A stretch of 62,653 nucleotides of DNA, counting the filler, from Actinomycetota bacterium (GTDB taxonomy: Bacteria > Actinomycetota > Acidimicrobiia > IMCC26256 > VFJJ01): assembly GCA_009886115.1 (NCBI GenBank). It is 3 parts of 3 records of this genome, joined end to end, with 100 filler letters (N's around TTAATTAATTAA, not from the genome) between each part and the next. Parts side by side here need not be neighbours in the genome. Positions count along the whole stretch, not along the records: positions 1 to 28,059 come from VFJJ01000041.1; 2 more parts are not named here. One strand, 5' to 3'. Shown in pieces: positions 8,513 through 18,831 of this stretch (positions are counted from its first letter, which is position 1; each line of letters begins with the position of its first letter). A program made the position numbers and the translations under genes. Under the pieces are notes generated by a model, which ran no database searches, was not told the DNA's origin, and saw only the letters and a program-made list of their open reading frames with translations.

Positions 8513-10767
8513 GCCCGGGACGGGCACGGGGACGGGCGCCGGGACGGAGGCGGGAGCCGGGACGGGCACGGGGCGACCGTTCCCCGGGGCGCAGCAGCCG
8601 GGCGGGGTACAGCGCCAGCTCGGGGCACGGTGACCGCGCCGACCGCAACGGCCGGGCGGTGCGCATCGACCGGGCCCGTCGCCCTCGGGTGAGCCGCCGC
8701 ATGGGCGCCGGGCTGGTCGCGGCCGTGATTGTGGCGCTCGCCGTGTGGGGTTCCCATGGCGTGGCGCCGCTCGGTGCCACGCCGGCCGGGTCGGCTCCCG
8801 CCGGGCGGGTGTTCGTGAAGTTCGACGACTCCCTCTCGCCCAAGTCCCGTCTGGCGATCCTGACCTCCGTCGACACTGGGCGGGGCCTGGCGAACGATGA
8901 CGTGAAGGCGTCTGCCGCGTCCGCGCTCGCCGAGGAGCCCCTCCCCGATCTGCACCTCCTCACCGTGGCAGCGGGCTCCGAGGATGCCGTGGTCGCCGCC
9001 CTCGCCACTCGCCCGGGCGTGGTGTTCGCCGAGGCCGACCGTGAGGTCCGCGTGTCGGCCGTTCCCAACGACCCGTGCTACGTGTCGTGCCCCGTTGTCT
9101 TGTACGGCACCGGATCGCAGTGGGGCCTCGACGTCGTGCGGGCCCCCGGGGCCTGGGACGTCGCCACCGGAGCGGCGTCGGTGATCGTCGCCGTGGTCGA
9201 CACCGGCGTCCAGGCCACCCACCCCGACCTGAACGGGCGGGTCACGGGCGCCGCCTGCTCCCCGAAGGCCGTCCCCACCCAGGACGACAACGGGCACGGC
9301 ACCTTCGTCGCCGGTGTCATCGCCGCCTCGACCGACAACGCCGTCGGGATCGCCTCGGTGGGGCGGGGCTCGTCGATCCTGTCGGTCAAGGCGCTCGATT
9401 CGTCGGGCTCGGGCACCTCGGTCGACATCGTGAACGCCGTGAACTGTGCGGTGAGCTCGGGCGCCCGGGTGATCAACCTCTCGATCGAGGCACCGGGGAC
9501 CTCCCAGGTGCTCGACGATGCCGTCGCCTATGCCCGGGCCAACGACGCCACGGTGATCGCCGCGGCGGGGAACTTCGGCGCGACCCCAGGGATCGGCCCG
9601 ACCGACCCGGTGTCGCCGGCCAACTCCCCGGGAGCCATCGGGGTCGTGGCCACGGCCCGAACGCCCGTCGACGCCACAGCCTCGTTCTCGAGCCGGGGAA
9701 CCTGGAACGACATCGCCGCTCCCGGGCAGGCGATCGTGTCGACGTGCTCCACGTCGGTTCAGGCCAACGGCCGGATCCTGTGCCCTGGCGGATACGCCAT
9801 CTCCGACGGCACGTCCTTCGCGGCCCCGATGGTCGCCGGGGCCGCCGCCCTGCTGCTGGCTCAGGACTGCTCGCTCAACGCCAACGCCGTCGAGGCCCGG
9901 CTGCGCGTGTCGGCCACCCGCACCGCCGCCACGGGAATCGACTACCAGTTCGGCCGGCTCGACGTGCTCGGCGCCCTCCAGGCGACGGCGACGAGCACCC
10001 ACGTGGGGTACTGGCTGGCGGGGACCAGCGGGTCGATCTACCGCTTCGGCGACGCGGCGAACTTCGGGAGCGCCAGCGCCTCGGGGACGACCTCGGGAAC
10101 GGCCGTCGTGGGCCTCGCGGCCACACCGAAGCGGTGTGGCTACTGGACCGTCACCAGTGCTGGAGTCGTTCGCAGCTACGGCGACGCCCGGTCGTTCGGC
10201 GATCTCACGACGGCCCTGCCCGCCGGGGCGGCCGCTCCCATCGTGGCCATGGCCGCGACCGCGACGGGCAACGGGTACTGGCTGCTCGGGCGCGACGGCG
10301 GCATCTTCAGCTTCGGCGACGCCCGGTTCTTCGGCTCCACCGGAGCCTTGCGGCTCAACGCCCCCGTCACCGGCATCGCCGTGACCCCGTCCGGCAACGG
10401 CTACTGGCTGCTCGCCCAGGACGGGGGCGTGTTCAGCTATGGCGACGCCCGGTTCTTCGGCTCCACCGGCGACATGCGCCTGAACCAACCGATCTTCGCC
10501 ATGGCCCGAACCCCGTCCGGCAACGGCTACTGGCTCGCAGCCTTCGACGGCGGGATCTTCGCCTTCGGCGACGCCCGGTTCTTCGGCTCCACCGGGAACC
10601 TGAAGCTCAACCAGCCCATCGCCGGGATGGCCGCCACCCCCTCCGGTGCCGGCTACTGGCTGGTCGGGCGCGACGGCGGCGTCTTCGCGTTCGGCGACGC
10701 CCCCTTCGTCGGCTCGCTCCCCGGCTCGAGCATCACCGACACCGTCGTCGCCATGGCCGCGCTGTAG
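8509..10767 (+). CDS. Secreted S8 subtilisin-like serine peptidase with six C-terminal GYW repeats
   Basis: Catalytic triad motifs VAVVDTG, NGHGTFVAG, GTSFAAP. Hydrophobic signal after MGAGLV. Repeats from about 10006. True start may be 8659-8701. Confidence 0.9.
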   Translation: MSPGRARGRAPGRRREPGRARGDRSPGRSSRAGYSASSGHGDRADRNGRAVRIDRARRPRVSRRMGAGLVAAVIVALAVWGSHGVAPLGATPAGSAPAGRVFVKFDDSLSPKSRLAILTSVDTGRGLANDDVKASAASALAEEPLPDLHLLTVAAGSEDAVVAALATRPGVVFAEADREVRVSAVPNDPCYVSCPVVLYGTGSQWGLDVVRAPGAWDVATGAASVIVAVVDTGVQATHPDLNGRVTGAACSPKAVPTQDDNGHGTFVAGVIAASTDNAVGIASVGRGSSILSVKALDSSGSGTSVDIVNAVNCAVSSGARVINLSIEAPGTSQVLDDAVAYARANDATVIAAAGNFGATPGIGPTDPVSPANSPGAIGVVATARTPVDATASFSSRGTWNDIAAPGQAIVSTCSTSVQANGRILCPGGYAISDGTSFAAPMVAGAAALLLAQDCSLNANAVEARLRVSATRTAATGIDYQFGRLDVLGALQATATSTHVGYWLAGTSGSIYRFGDAANFGSASASGTTSGTAVVGLAATPKRCGYWTVTSAGVVRSYGDARSFGDLTTALPAGAAAPIVAMAATATGNGYWLLGRDGGIFSFGDARFFGSTGALRLNAPVTGIAVTPSGNGYWLLAQDGGVFSYGDARFFGSTGDMRLNQPIFAMARTPSGNGYWLAAFDGGIFAFGDARFFGSTGNLKLNQPIAGMAATPSGAGYWLVGRDGGVFAFGDAPFVGSLPGSSITDTVVAMAAL

Positions 10768-10937
10768 GTGCTCGTGCCCCCGGCCTCCGGCCATGCCGCC
10801 GCTGCCGGTGTGTGCTCAGGCCGCCTGACCGGCGTCGCCGGCCTTGGCGACGCCCGACAGGCGTCGCCTGCCGGGCGTCGCATGATCGCAGGAGAAGCCG
10901 GCCCGGGCCGACGGGGCTCCGGTAGCCTCGGCCCATC

Positions 10938-11996
10938 GTGGACACGCCCCCTTCCGTCGACCCCAACGGCGCGCTCGTCGCCCGGCTCCAGGCTCGTATC
11001 GCCCAGCGGCGTGCCGCCGGCGAGTACCCGCCCGACCTCGAGTGGGATCTCGACGAGCACTTCCGACGCATCACCGCGTACCGAGCCCTGCCGATGCCGG
11101 AGCGACTGACCGAAGCATTGAAGGTCCTCGACGAGCGGGCCCGATTCGAGCTGGTGCCCATACCCGTCGGCTCTTCGGTTCCCGGCGCGTCCAAGGCCCT
11201 GTCACGGGTCGCGGCCGCCGTCGAGACCCAGACCCGTGATCTCGCCGATCAGCTCCGGTCGTTCGCCGAAGGTGTGCGCCAAGCGCTCGACGGGGTCATC
11301 GAGGCGATGGCCGCGTTCCCGGCCACCGTGCTGGCGCAGATCGATGCCGTGCAGGACTCCCAGGCGCTGCTCGACGTCAGGCAGCATCAGGTCGAACGGG
11401 CGCTCGACCTGGCGGGCCGTCGACACCACACGCTCACCACGATCGTCGGTTCGGTCTGCGGCGACGCGATCGTCGACCCCGTGGGTCACGCCGATCTCGT
11501 CGCCCGGCTCGTCGGCTTCGGGCCGGTCCTCGATCTCACCGCCTCGCCGGTGTTCTCGGCCATGCTCACGGCCGAGGAGATCGTGCTGTGCGAGCCCGAC
11601 GGGTCGATCGAAGCTCAGCTCGGGTCGCTCCTGAACGGTGCTCTCGGCGCCGCGGTCGTCGTCGACGCCGCGGCCTCGTTGTCGACACGCGAGCTCCCCG
11701 CTGTCGTCGTGGAGCTGGCCCGTCTCGTGCGTCAGGGAGGCCCGGTGCTGATCGAGAGCGCCAACCCGGCCTCCTGGTGGGCGACGGCCACCAGCGACCG
11801 TCCCGTCACCGCCGCATGGCCGGCCACCTGGGTGGCTGAGCTGTTCGAGGCCGCGGGATTCAGTGAGGTCGCCATCGAATGGCGCGGGCTCCCCCCGGCC
11901 GAGCTCGGCGCCGAAGCGGGCGCCGGCGCGGCTGACGGGCGGCTCGCGGCGTTGCTGCTCGCGCCGGCACGCTACGTCGTGACCGCCCGGCGCTGA
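10938..11996 (+). CDS. Coiled-coil + degenerate class I SAM-methyltransferase-like protein
   Basis: Helical N-half. The C-half resembles glycan-locus methyltransferases (GPVLDL..., RLVRQGGPVLIESANP, LFEAAGFSEV), but GxGxG is replaced by TASPV. Confidence 0.6.
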   Translation: MDTPPSVDPNGALVARLQARIAQRRAAGEYPPDLEWDLDEHFRRITAYRALPMPERLTEALKVLDERARFELVPIPVGSSVPGASKALSRVAAAVETQTRDLADQLRSFAEGVRQALDGVIEAMAAFPATVLAQIDAVQDSQALLDVRQHQVERALDLAGRRHHTLTTIVGSVCGDAIVDPVGHADLVARLVGFGPVLDLTASPVFSAMLTAEEIVLCEPDGSIEAQLGSLLNGALGAAVVVDAAASLSTRELPAVVVELARLVRQGGPVLIESANPASWWATATSDRPVTAAWPATWVAELFEAAGFSEVAIEWRGLPPAELGAEAGAGAADGRLAALLLAPARYVVTARR

Positions 11997-12014
11997 TCGG
12001 AGCCGGAGCCGATC

Positions 12015-13091
12015 ATGGCCGTCGACCAGATCCTCGTCGGGGCTGCACCCGGCGACGCCGTCACCGGCATCGCGCTGGCGATGCGTGACCTGCTGCGCCT
12101 CGACGGACCGTCGGAGATCTACGCGCGCTACCGCGACCCGGTGCTCGCAGGCGACGTGCACACCCTCGACGAGCTCCCGATCGGGGGGCGGACCGCCGCC
12201 GACGTCCTCGTGTACCACGCTTCGATCGGCGAGCCCGACGTGATGGCCTTCCTCGAAGGGCGACCCGAACGCCTGATCGTCCACTACCACAACATGACGC
12301 CGGCCCGATTTTTCCGAACGTTCGACCATCGCCTCTCGCAGCTGCTCGAGATCGGCCGGGGCGAGCTGGCGGCGCTTCGGCCCCGGGTGTGCGGGGCTCT
12401 CGCCGATTCCCGGTACAACGCCGACGAGCTCGAGACGATCGGCTACCGCGACGTGCGTGTGGCGGCCCCGCCGGTCGACTTCCACGGCTTGCTGGCACAG
12501 CCGACCGACCCGTCGCTGCAGCGCCACATCGAGCTCTACCACCGGGGCCCCCGGGTCCTGTTCGTCGGTCAGCTCCTGCCGCACAAGCGACCCGACGTGC
12601 TGCTCGGCGCGGCGCACATCTTGCGCACCTACTTCGGTATCCCGGTTTTCCTCGTGATCGCTGGCACACCGCGGGTGGCGAGCTATGCCGCTGCGCTCCA
12701 GCGGTTCGTCCTCGAGAGCAACCTGGCCGGCGTGTGGCTCGCTGGTCCGCAGTCGGCGAGCCGGCTCGCCACCTTCTTCCGCCACAGCGACATCCTGGTG
12801 ACGGCGAGCGAGCACGAGGGATTCTGTGTCCCGCTGCTCGAAGCGATGGCGTTCGGCCTTCCGGTCGTGGCGAGGGCCGCAGCAGCCATTCCCGAGACCA
12901 TGGGAGGAGCGGGAATCCTCCTTCCCGGTGACGCCGGGCCGGCGCTGTTCGCCGAGGCGATCGCCGAGCTGCTCGACGACCCTGCGCTGCGCGTCGAGCT
13001 CGAGACCCGGGGCTACGAGCGGGTGCTCGACTTCGACCCCGTGCAGACCCGGGCCTCGATGCACGCCACGATCAGGGAGCTGGCGGCGTGA
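12015..13091 (+). CDS. Glycosyltransferase family 4 (paralog of 1865-2959)
   Basis: GDAVT, YHNMTP, LFVGQLLPHKR, SEHEGFCVPLLEAMA. Confidence 0.9.
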   Translation: MAVDQILVGAAPGDAVTGIALAMRDLLRLDGPSEIYARYRDPVLAGDVHTLDELPIGGRTAADVLVYHASIGEPDVMAFLEGRPERLIVHYHNMTPARFFRTFDHRLSQLLEIGRGELAALRPRVCGALADSRYNADELETIGYRDVRVAAPPVDFHGLLAQPTDPSLQRHIELYHRGPRVLFVGQLLPHKRPDVLLGAAHILRTYFGIPVFLVIAGTPRVASYAAALQRFVLESNLAGVWLAGPQSASRLATFFRHSDILVTASEHEGFCVPLLEAMAFGLPVVARAAAAIPETMGGAGILLPGDAGPALFAEAIAELLDDPALRVELETRGYERVLDFDPVQTRASMHATIRELAA

Positions 13092-14290
13092 AGCTGCTCA
13101 TGGTCGTGCAGCGGTACGGGCTCGAGGTCGCCGGTGGAGCCGAGCGTGCCACTCGCGACTACGCCGAAGGACTGGTCGCTCGCGGCCATGAGGTCGATGT
13201 CGTCACCACATGCGCGTTGAGCTACGTCGACTGGGCCGATTACTACAGTGCCGGGCGCTCGGAGCTCAATGGTGTGGGCGTGCATCGTCTGCCCGTCGAT
13301 CGGCCCCGCGACAACCAGGTGTTCGGACCCATGAGCGGACGCATGGGCTGGTCGAGCCCGGGTCGCCACCACGCCGCCGACCTGCAGCGCGAGTGGATGC
13401 GAATGCAGGGCCCCTACGTTCCGGCGATCGTCCCCTGGATTCGCGAGAACGCCGGCGGCTACGACGCCTCGATCTTCTTCACGTACCTCTACTACACGAC
13501 TTGGGCCGGGCTCCCGGCGGCCCGGTCGGTCACGCCCACGGTCTTGTTCCCGACTGCCCACGACGAGGCTCCGATCTACCTCCAGCTGTTCGACCTGATG
13601 TTCCGAATGCCGCCGGCACTCGCGTACCTCACCGAGGAGGAGGGCGACTTCGTGCGACAGCGCTTCCGTATCGATCCTCTGTCGGTGGTGCTTGGCGTCG
13701 GCGTCGACCTGGCAGCGTCGGCACCACGCGACGACACCGCCGAGTTCCGGCTCCTGCATGGGCTCGACGACGATCCGTACGTCGTGTTCGTCGGACGGGT
13801 CGATCCGGGGAAGGGCTCGCTCGAGCTGTTCGACTACTTCTCGGCGTACAAGAACCGCAACCCCGGACCGCTCAAGCTCGTCGTGGTCGGCGATCCGGTC
13901 CATCCGTTGCCGCACCATCCCGATGTCGTGGTTACCGGCTTCGTGAGCGAGCGCACCAAGCACGCTGCCATTGCGGGCTCGACTGCACTGGTCCAGCCCT
14001 CGTACTTCGAGAGCTTCTCGATCGTGCTGTGCGAGGCCTGGGTGCAGAGCCGCCCGGCGCTGGTGCAGGGACGCTGCGACGTGTTGGCCGGGCAGTGCCG
14101 GCGCAGTGGCGGCGGGATCTCGTACTCGGGCTTCGCCGAGTTCGAGTCGGGGCTCGATGCTCTGCTCGCCGACCCCGAGCTGTGCGATCGCATGGGTGCC
14201 GCCGGTCGCCGCTACGTGGAGTCACGCTACGAATGGGGCTCGCTTCTGGGGCGCTTCGAGACGTTCCTCGACCAGGTGATCGCCGCATGA
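13088..14290 (+). CDS. Glycosyltransferase family 4 (paralog of 2956-4344)
   Basis: LLMVVQRYGLEVAGGAE, PTAHDE, VGRVDPGKG, SYFESFSIVLCEAW. Confidence 0.9.
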   Translation: MKLLMVVQRYGLEVAGGAERATRDYAEGLVARGHEVDVVTTCALSYVDWADYYSAGRSELNGVGVHRLPVDRPRDNQVFGPMSGRMGWSSPGRHHAADLQREWMRMQGPYVPAIVPWIRENAGGYDASIFFTYLYYTTWAGLPAARSVTPTVLFPTAHDEAPIYLQLFDLMFRMPPALAYLTEEEGDFVRQRFRIDPLSVVLGVGVDLAASAPRDDTAEFRLLHGLDDDPYVVFVGRVDPGKGSLELFDYFSAYKNRNPGPLKLVVVGDPVHPLPHHPDVVVTGFVSERTKHAAIAGSTALVQPSYFESFSIVLCEAWVQSRPALVQGRCDVLAGQCRRSGGGISYSGFAEFESGLDALLADPELCDRMGAAGRRYVESRYEWGSLLGRFETFLDQVIAA

Positions 14291-14320
14291 TCGGGCACCG
14301 ATGAACCCGGAGTGCAGCGC

Positions 14321-15451
14321 ATGAGCGTCGTCGCCCCGCGTGTCGCGGTGTTCGGCCACTCCGATCGCGAGCGACTGGTCGACGCCCTGTCGAGCAGGAT
14401 CGTCCGCGCCGAGCTCACCCGCCGGCTGGCGCGAGTGCAGATCACGTCCTTCGCTTCCGAAGGCTGGCGTCGACCGTCTCGCTTTGACGCCGGTGAGCCC
14501 GCCGAGCCATGGGGCCCTTGGGGTTCCGACGATGTGGCCCGGTTCGTGGCGGAGTTCGACGTGGCCATCGTCGAAGCCGGAGCCACGGCCGACGCCCCCG
14601 TCTCGGTGTTACGGGACGCTGGCATCGAGGTTCTCGAGGCACCCGACGGGCTGGCCCTGGCTGCTCGCACCGCGGCTCCCGATGTGCTCGCCCGGCGGTT
14701 GGGCTACCTCCAATGGGTCTCGTGGTTCCCGGCCCTGCGCCCCGTGCGCTGCTTCGACGCATGCCTCGGCGCCGACGACGCGGCGCTCGACGTTGCCCTG
14801 CGTGCTGCTGTGGCCGACCGGGTGGCGGTCGCTGTCATCGAGCCCGACCCGGCCGACACGCCACCCGGGGCCCCTGGTCGCGTGGTGCGCGCTCTCACCA
14901 AGGCTGGCGTGGCCTTCACGATGACGGATGGCCCCACGGGCATCGAGGATCTCGTGGCCATGCTGGCAACGGCCGACCGCTACGTCGGCCCGTCGCTCGG
15001 GGCGGCAGCCGTCGCCGAGAGCTTCGGCCGCGGCACCGGTCCGATCGAGGACGCCCCGGTCGATGCCATCGACCGTTCGTTCGACGAGCTCGCCCGGCGC
15101 ATCCGGGCCTCCGTTCTCGCCCGATCAGGCGTCGCCGACGCCGTCTCGGTCCTGGCGTCGGCGTTGGATGCTTCGGAGGCCCGGCTCGCTGCTGCGCTGC
15201 GGGCCAAGGCGGCGCTGGAGCAGCGGCTCTCCGAGGAGCGCCTGGTCGCTGCCCAATCACGCGCCGGGTTCGAGGCCGGACTGGAGTCGGTCGTCGCCGA
15301 GTTGGCTGTCGAGATTCGGCTCCGCGAGGAGCGCATCGCCGACCTGGCTCTCCGGCAGCGACGGCTGGCCGGGAGGATGGTCGCTCACCTCGGGGTAGCC
15401 ACGCCGAGCGGCGCCGCTGGCGAATCCGCGATCGTCGAGCCCGGGCCATGA
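14321..15451 (+). CDS. Degenerate polysaccharide pyruvyl-transferase-like protein with C-terminal coiled coil
   Basis: RVAVFG..RIVRAELTRRL..EPWGPW..FDVAIVEAG and ADRYVGPSLGAAAVAESFG resemble the pyruvyltransferase fold but lack the NxGD/GGG/LH motifs. Heptad-rich tail. Confidence 0.5.
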   Translation: MSVVAPRVAVFGHSDRERLVDALSSRIVRAELTRRLARVQITSFASEGWRRPSRFDAGEPAEPWGPWGSDDVARFVAEFDVAIVEAGATADAPVSVLRDAGIEVLEAPDGLALAARTAAPDVLARRLGYLQWVSWFPALRPVRCFDACLGADDAALDVALRAAVADRVAVAVIEPDPADTPPGAPGRVVRALTKAGVAFTMTDGPTGIEDLVAMLATADRYVGPSLGAAAVAESFGRGTGPIEDAPVDAIDRSFDELARRIRASVLARSGVADAVSVLASALDASEARLAAALRAKAALEQRLSEERLVAAQSRAGFEAGLESVVAELAVEIRLREERIADLALRQRRLAGRMVAHLGVATPSGAAGESAIVEPGP

Positions 15452-16287
15452 TCGTGTTCCCGACGGTCGCCCGTCCCGACGTCACCGTCGTGATGGTCAC
15501 GCACGGGGCCCGAGCCTGGACGGCCCGAAGCCTGCAGGCTCTGGTCGATCGCACCCCACCGCGGTACGAGGTTGTCGTCGTCGACAATGCCTCGCGCGAC
15601 GGCACCGCCGACTGGCTTGCCACCTCGGTGATCGGCCTGCGTCTCGTGCGCAACCCCACCAACGTGGGTTTCGGCCCGGCCAACAATCAGGGGGCCGCCA
15701 CCGCGCGGGGCCGCCATCTCTGCTTCCTCAACTCCGACGCCATGGTTCGGCCCGGCTGGTTCGAGCCCCTGGTCGAACGGCTCGACGGCGACTCGACCGT
15801 CTCGGCCGTGGCGCCCGTCCTCTACGACCTCGACGGCTCGGTGCAAGAGGCCGGCTCAGCGTTGTTCGCCGGGCTCGAAACGCAGCCGCTGCGCGAGGCC
15901 GTCTCGCGCGATGTCGATTACGCCTCCGCCGCCTGCCTGGTGGTCCGCCGCTCCGCGTTCGAGGCGGTCGGCGGTTTCGACGCCGCCTACGGCATGGCCT
16001 ACTACGAGGACGTCGACCTCTGCCTCGCCCTCCGAGCCGCCGGAGGCCGGATCGTGGTCGAACCCCGTTCGCAGGTCACCCACGCCGGCGGCCGTTCGAG
16101 CCCCCCCGCCCGAGCCATCGCCATGATGCAAGCCAACCGCCGCATCGCCACTTCCCGCTGGTCAGCCTTCGTCGGCCTCCGCCCGAGCCTGGGACAACTG
16201 GTGGCTGTTGACCGAGTCACGCAAGCTCTGCGCCCTACACTCGCAGGTGATCGGGCGCGCCCTCAACGCCGTGGCTTGCGAACTTGA
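15448..16287 (+). CDS. Glycosyltransferase family 2
   Basis: VVVVDNASRDGT, NVGFGPANNQG, FLNSDA, GGFD..YYEDVDLC. ATGA overlap with upstream gene. Confidence 0.9.
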   Translation: MIVFPTVARPDVTVVMVTHGARAWTARSLQALVDRTPPRYEVVVVDNASRDGTADWLATSVIGLRLVRNPTNVGFGPANNQGAATARGRHLCFLNSDAMVRPGWFEPLVERLDGDSTVSAVAPVLYDLDGSVQEAGSALFAGLETQPLREAVSRDVDYASAACLVVRRSAFEAVGGFDAAYGMAYYEDVDLCLALRAAGGRIVVEPRSQVTHAGGRSSPPARAIAMMQANRRIATSRWSAFVGLRPSLGQLVAVDRVTQALRPTLAGDRARPQRRGLRT

Positions 16288-16443
16288 CCCCCTACGTCGT
16301 GGCCGGCAGAGCCACCGCGCACTCCTCGCGTGGGCGCGTCCTCGGGATCAGGACCTGAGGCATCCTGTTTTCGGCACGTGAAGCGCCCGAGGGTATCTTG
16401 TCGGACGGGCCACGAGCCGAGCCAGCAACGGAGACCATCGTCG

Positions 16444-17529
16444 ATGTCGAGCACCAAGCATCGCGATCGTGTGACCTCTGTCGCCCGGAGGATCGTTGCA
16501 GTTACTCGCACTCGAGCACGCGATCGCAGCGACATCGAACGCGCGGCTTCGGCGGATCGATCGGCACCGGATGTTCCCGGCGTGGGGGCCGGAGACGCTG
16601 GCGTGACGGGCGACCCCGCCGGGCAGACGGTCACGGCGTCGTTGTGGGGTCAGGTCGCACGAGACCGTTCGGAGTCGGAGGCCTGGCGAGCACGCTATTG
16701 GCAGTCGCATCCGGTAACCGCGGCAGCGATCAACCGCAGGATCTCAGGCGACCCGATGCAAGGGTGGGTGGCGTACACCAAGCACCGCCACATCGTGCAG
16801 CCGGTCGGCAGGGCGCTGAGCCTGGGATGTGGGGCGGGGAGCCTCGAGCGAGAGCTCCTGCATCTCGACGTGTGCGCGAGCATCGATGCCTTTGATGTCG
16901 CGCCCGATGCAATAGAGGTGGCTCGTGCCGCAGCCGATGCGGCCGGCTTCGGCCATCGAGTGCACTACGAGGTGCGCGATCTGAATGGGTTGCGCCTCGA
17001 TCAAAGCTATGACGCCGTCTTCGTGGCGCAGTCGTTGCATCACATCGAGGAACTTGAGCACGTGCTGTCGGAGGCAGCGAATGCGTTGAAACCCGACGGC
17101 TGGTTCGTCATGAACGAGTATGTCGGCCCCGATCGCTTCCAGTGGTCCGACACCGTCGAAGGTCTGATGAACCACCTTCTCGGGGTGCTGCCTGCCGAGC
17201 TGAAGCTTCTGCCCGACGGCTCGATCAAGGGGGCAATCGTTCGCAACTCGGTGGAGGCGGTGATCGCCGTCGACCCGTCCGAGGCGATCCGGTCGGCGGC
17301 GATCATGGATCTGGTGACCCAACGGTTCGAGATCGTGGAGCGCATCGATTTCGGTGGCACCCTTCTGCAGTTCGTACTCTCGGAGATCGCCATGAACTTC
17401 GACCCCGGCAATCCGACGCACGTCTCACTTCTCGAGTTACTCGTTGAATATGAGCGGGTCCTCGTCGATCACCACGTGATCGGTAGCGACTTCGTGTACG
17501 TGGTCGCCCGGGCGCGGGCATCGCCGTGA
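16444..17529 (+). CDS. Class I SAM-dependent methyltransferase
   Basis: ALSLGCGAG, SLHHIEELE, LKPDGWFVMNEYVGP, DPSEAIRS. Start uncertain. Confidence 0.85.
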   Translation: MSSTKHRDRVTSVARRIVAVTRTRARDRSDIERAASADRSAPDVPGVGAGDAGVTGDPAGQTVTASLWGQVARDRSESEAWRARYWQSHPVTAAAINRRISGDPMQGWVAYTKHRHIVQPVGRALSLGCGAGSLERELLHLDVCASIDAFDVAPDAIEVARAAADAAGFGHRVHYEVRDLNGLRLDQSYDAVFVAQSLHHIEELEHVLSEAANALKPDGWFVMNEYVGPDRFQWSDTVEGLMNHLLGVLPAELKLLPDGSIKGAIVRNSVEAVIAVDPSEAIRSAAIMDLVTQRFEIVERIDFGGTLLQFVLSEIAMNFDPGNPTHVSLLELLVEYERVLVDHHVIGSDFVYVVARARASP

Positions 17530-18824
17530 ACGGGCACCAGCCCGAGTCGAGCCCGGTTCGCCACGTCGAGATCCACGACGGGGCCGAGCCCGGTGACCCG
17601 TTTGCCGAGCTGCGTCACTCTGTCTTGAGCAGCGAGCTGCGCGCTCGACGGCGCTCGGTCACGTTCGAGCCGTTAGCCCCGGCCCTGGCAGGCAGAGCCG
17701 AAGGTACCGAAGCCCGAAGGCGAGGCGTTCGGATTGTCACCGGGCCGTGGCTCGATGGGCTCTCGCATGGTCGAGATCGACGCCGGTTCGACCTTGGCGA
17801 CGGGGAGCGGGCGCTGGTCGTCTTCGGAGTTCAACTCCGGACGCGATCGTCCGGCTCGGCGGGCGAGGAGGAGTGGAGGACTCTCGGGCGGGCACTCCGC
17901 ATCACCGTGATCGACGACGATTCTCTGCTTCTCCTCGACGATCTCGGTATCCCGGGGAGCATCGTGGCTGACCCGCTCGTCCTGGTCTCGCAACATCGCG
18001 ACCCTGACCTCCTGGCGCGACGCCGCCGGTTCTTGGTGCTCGCCGGGTTTCTCCCGGTGAGCCTCGAGCCGATCGTCCTGGACTTGCGCAACGTCGAGCC
18101 GTCCGATGCATGCGACTGGCTCGAGAAGCTCCCAGCACCCGTTCGCGATCGACTCGTGGTCATCGACGATGCACTCAGTTCGCCGTCCGACTCGGGGCCG
18201 TCCTCCAGCCTGAGGCGCCGCTCCGTCAAAGGTGTCATCTTCGTCCCGGCTCATATCGGTGTCGACGACGTCGTGTCGATCATCGGGGGGGCGAGTCTGG
18301 TCCTGACCGACGATCAGCGACTCGCCGTCGTCGCCGAGTCGTTCGATGTCGAGGCGCTCGCGACCACAACGTTCGTCCCCGGTCCCGATCGGCCGCCATT
18401 CGATCTCGTCGGGGTCGCCCGCCGACGAGGTACGGCCCTCGCTGCCGCCGCCGCAGCCAGGCTCGAGCGCCAACGCGAGGCCAGTGCCGACATCGACATC
18501 CTCGTTCGCGACCTCGACGCCGCTTGGGCACGAGAGCCCGCCCACTCCCGGGCTGCGGTTCCCACCATCGAGGAGTTGGAGCGCGAGCTCGAAGCGCTCA
18601 GAGCGCACGCACTCGGGTCGGCCCGACGCGAAGCGGCAATGCGGGCTGCTGTCGCCGACCGGTACCTGGCGCTCCATCGCGAACTGGAGGAGGCACGGGC
18701 GGACCGGGCCGAGGCCCTGAACGACGTCGAGAGGCTGGAATCCATGCTGCGCCTCCAGAGTGCGGCAGCAAGGCGCGAGATCGGTGCGCGCCTCGCATCG
18801 TCTGAAACCGATTCCCAGCGATGA
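17526..18824 (+). CDS. Degenerate pyruvyl-transferase-like protein with C-terminal coiled coil (paralog of 14321-15451)
   Basis: Shares DLLARR..FL, GVDDVVSII..A.LVL..AVVAESF with 14321-15451. ITVIDDDS..IVADP resembles pyruvyltransferase SVRD..DP. Heptad tail. Confidence 0.5.
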   Translation: MNGHQPESSPVRHVEIHDGAEPGDPFAELRHSVLSSELRARRRSVTFEPLAPALAGRAEGTEARRRGVRIVTGPWLDGLSHGRDRRRFDLGDGERALVVFGVQLRTRSSGSAGEEEWRTLGRALRITVIDDDSLLLLDDLGIPGSIVADPLVLVSQHRDPDLLARRRRFLVLAGFLPVSLEPIVLDLRNVEPSDACDWLEKLPAPVRDRLVVIDDALSSPSDSGPSSSLRRRSVKGVIFVPAHIGVDDVVSIIGGASLVLTDDQRLAVVAESFDVEALATTTFVPGPDRPPFDLVGVARRRGTALAAAAAARLERQREASADIDILVRDLDAAWAREPAHSRAAVPTIEELERELEALRAHALGSARREAAMRAAVADRYLALHRELEEARADRAEALNDVERLESMLRLQSAAARREIGARLASSETDSQR

Positions 18825-18831
18825 GCCAGGG

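Noticed and set aside
8383..10925. Long antisense and alternate-frame ORFs (e.g. 8383-10794 minus, 9075-10925 plus, 11202-13064 minus, the N-terminal parts of 49087-52233 and 48641-51367)
   Set aside because: Shadow ORFs typical of high-GC DNA, Arg/Pro/Gly-rich with no family motifs, overlapping well-supported genes.
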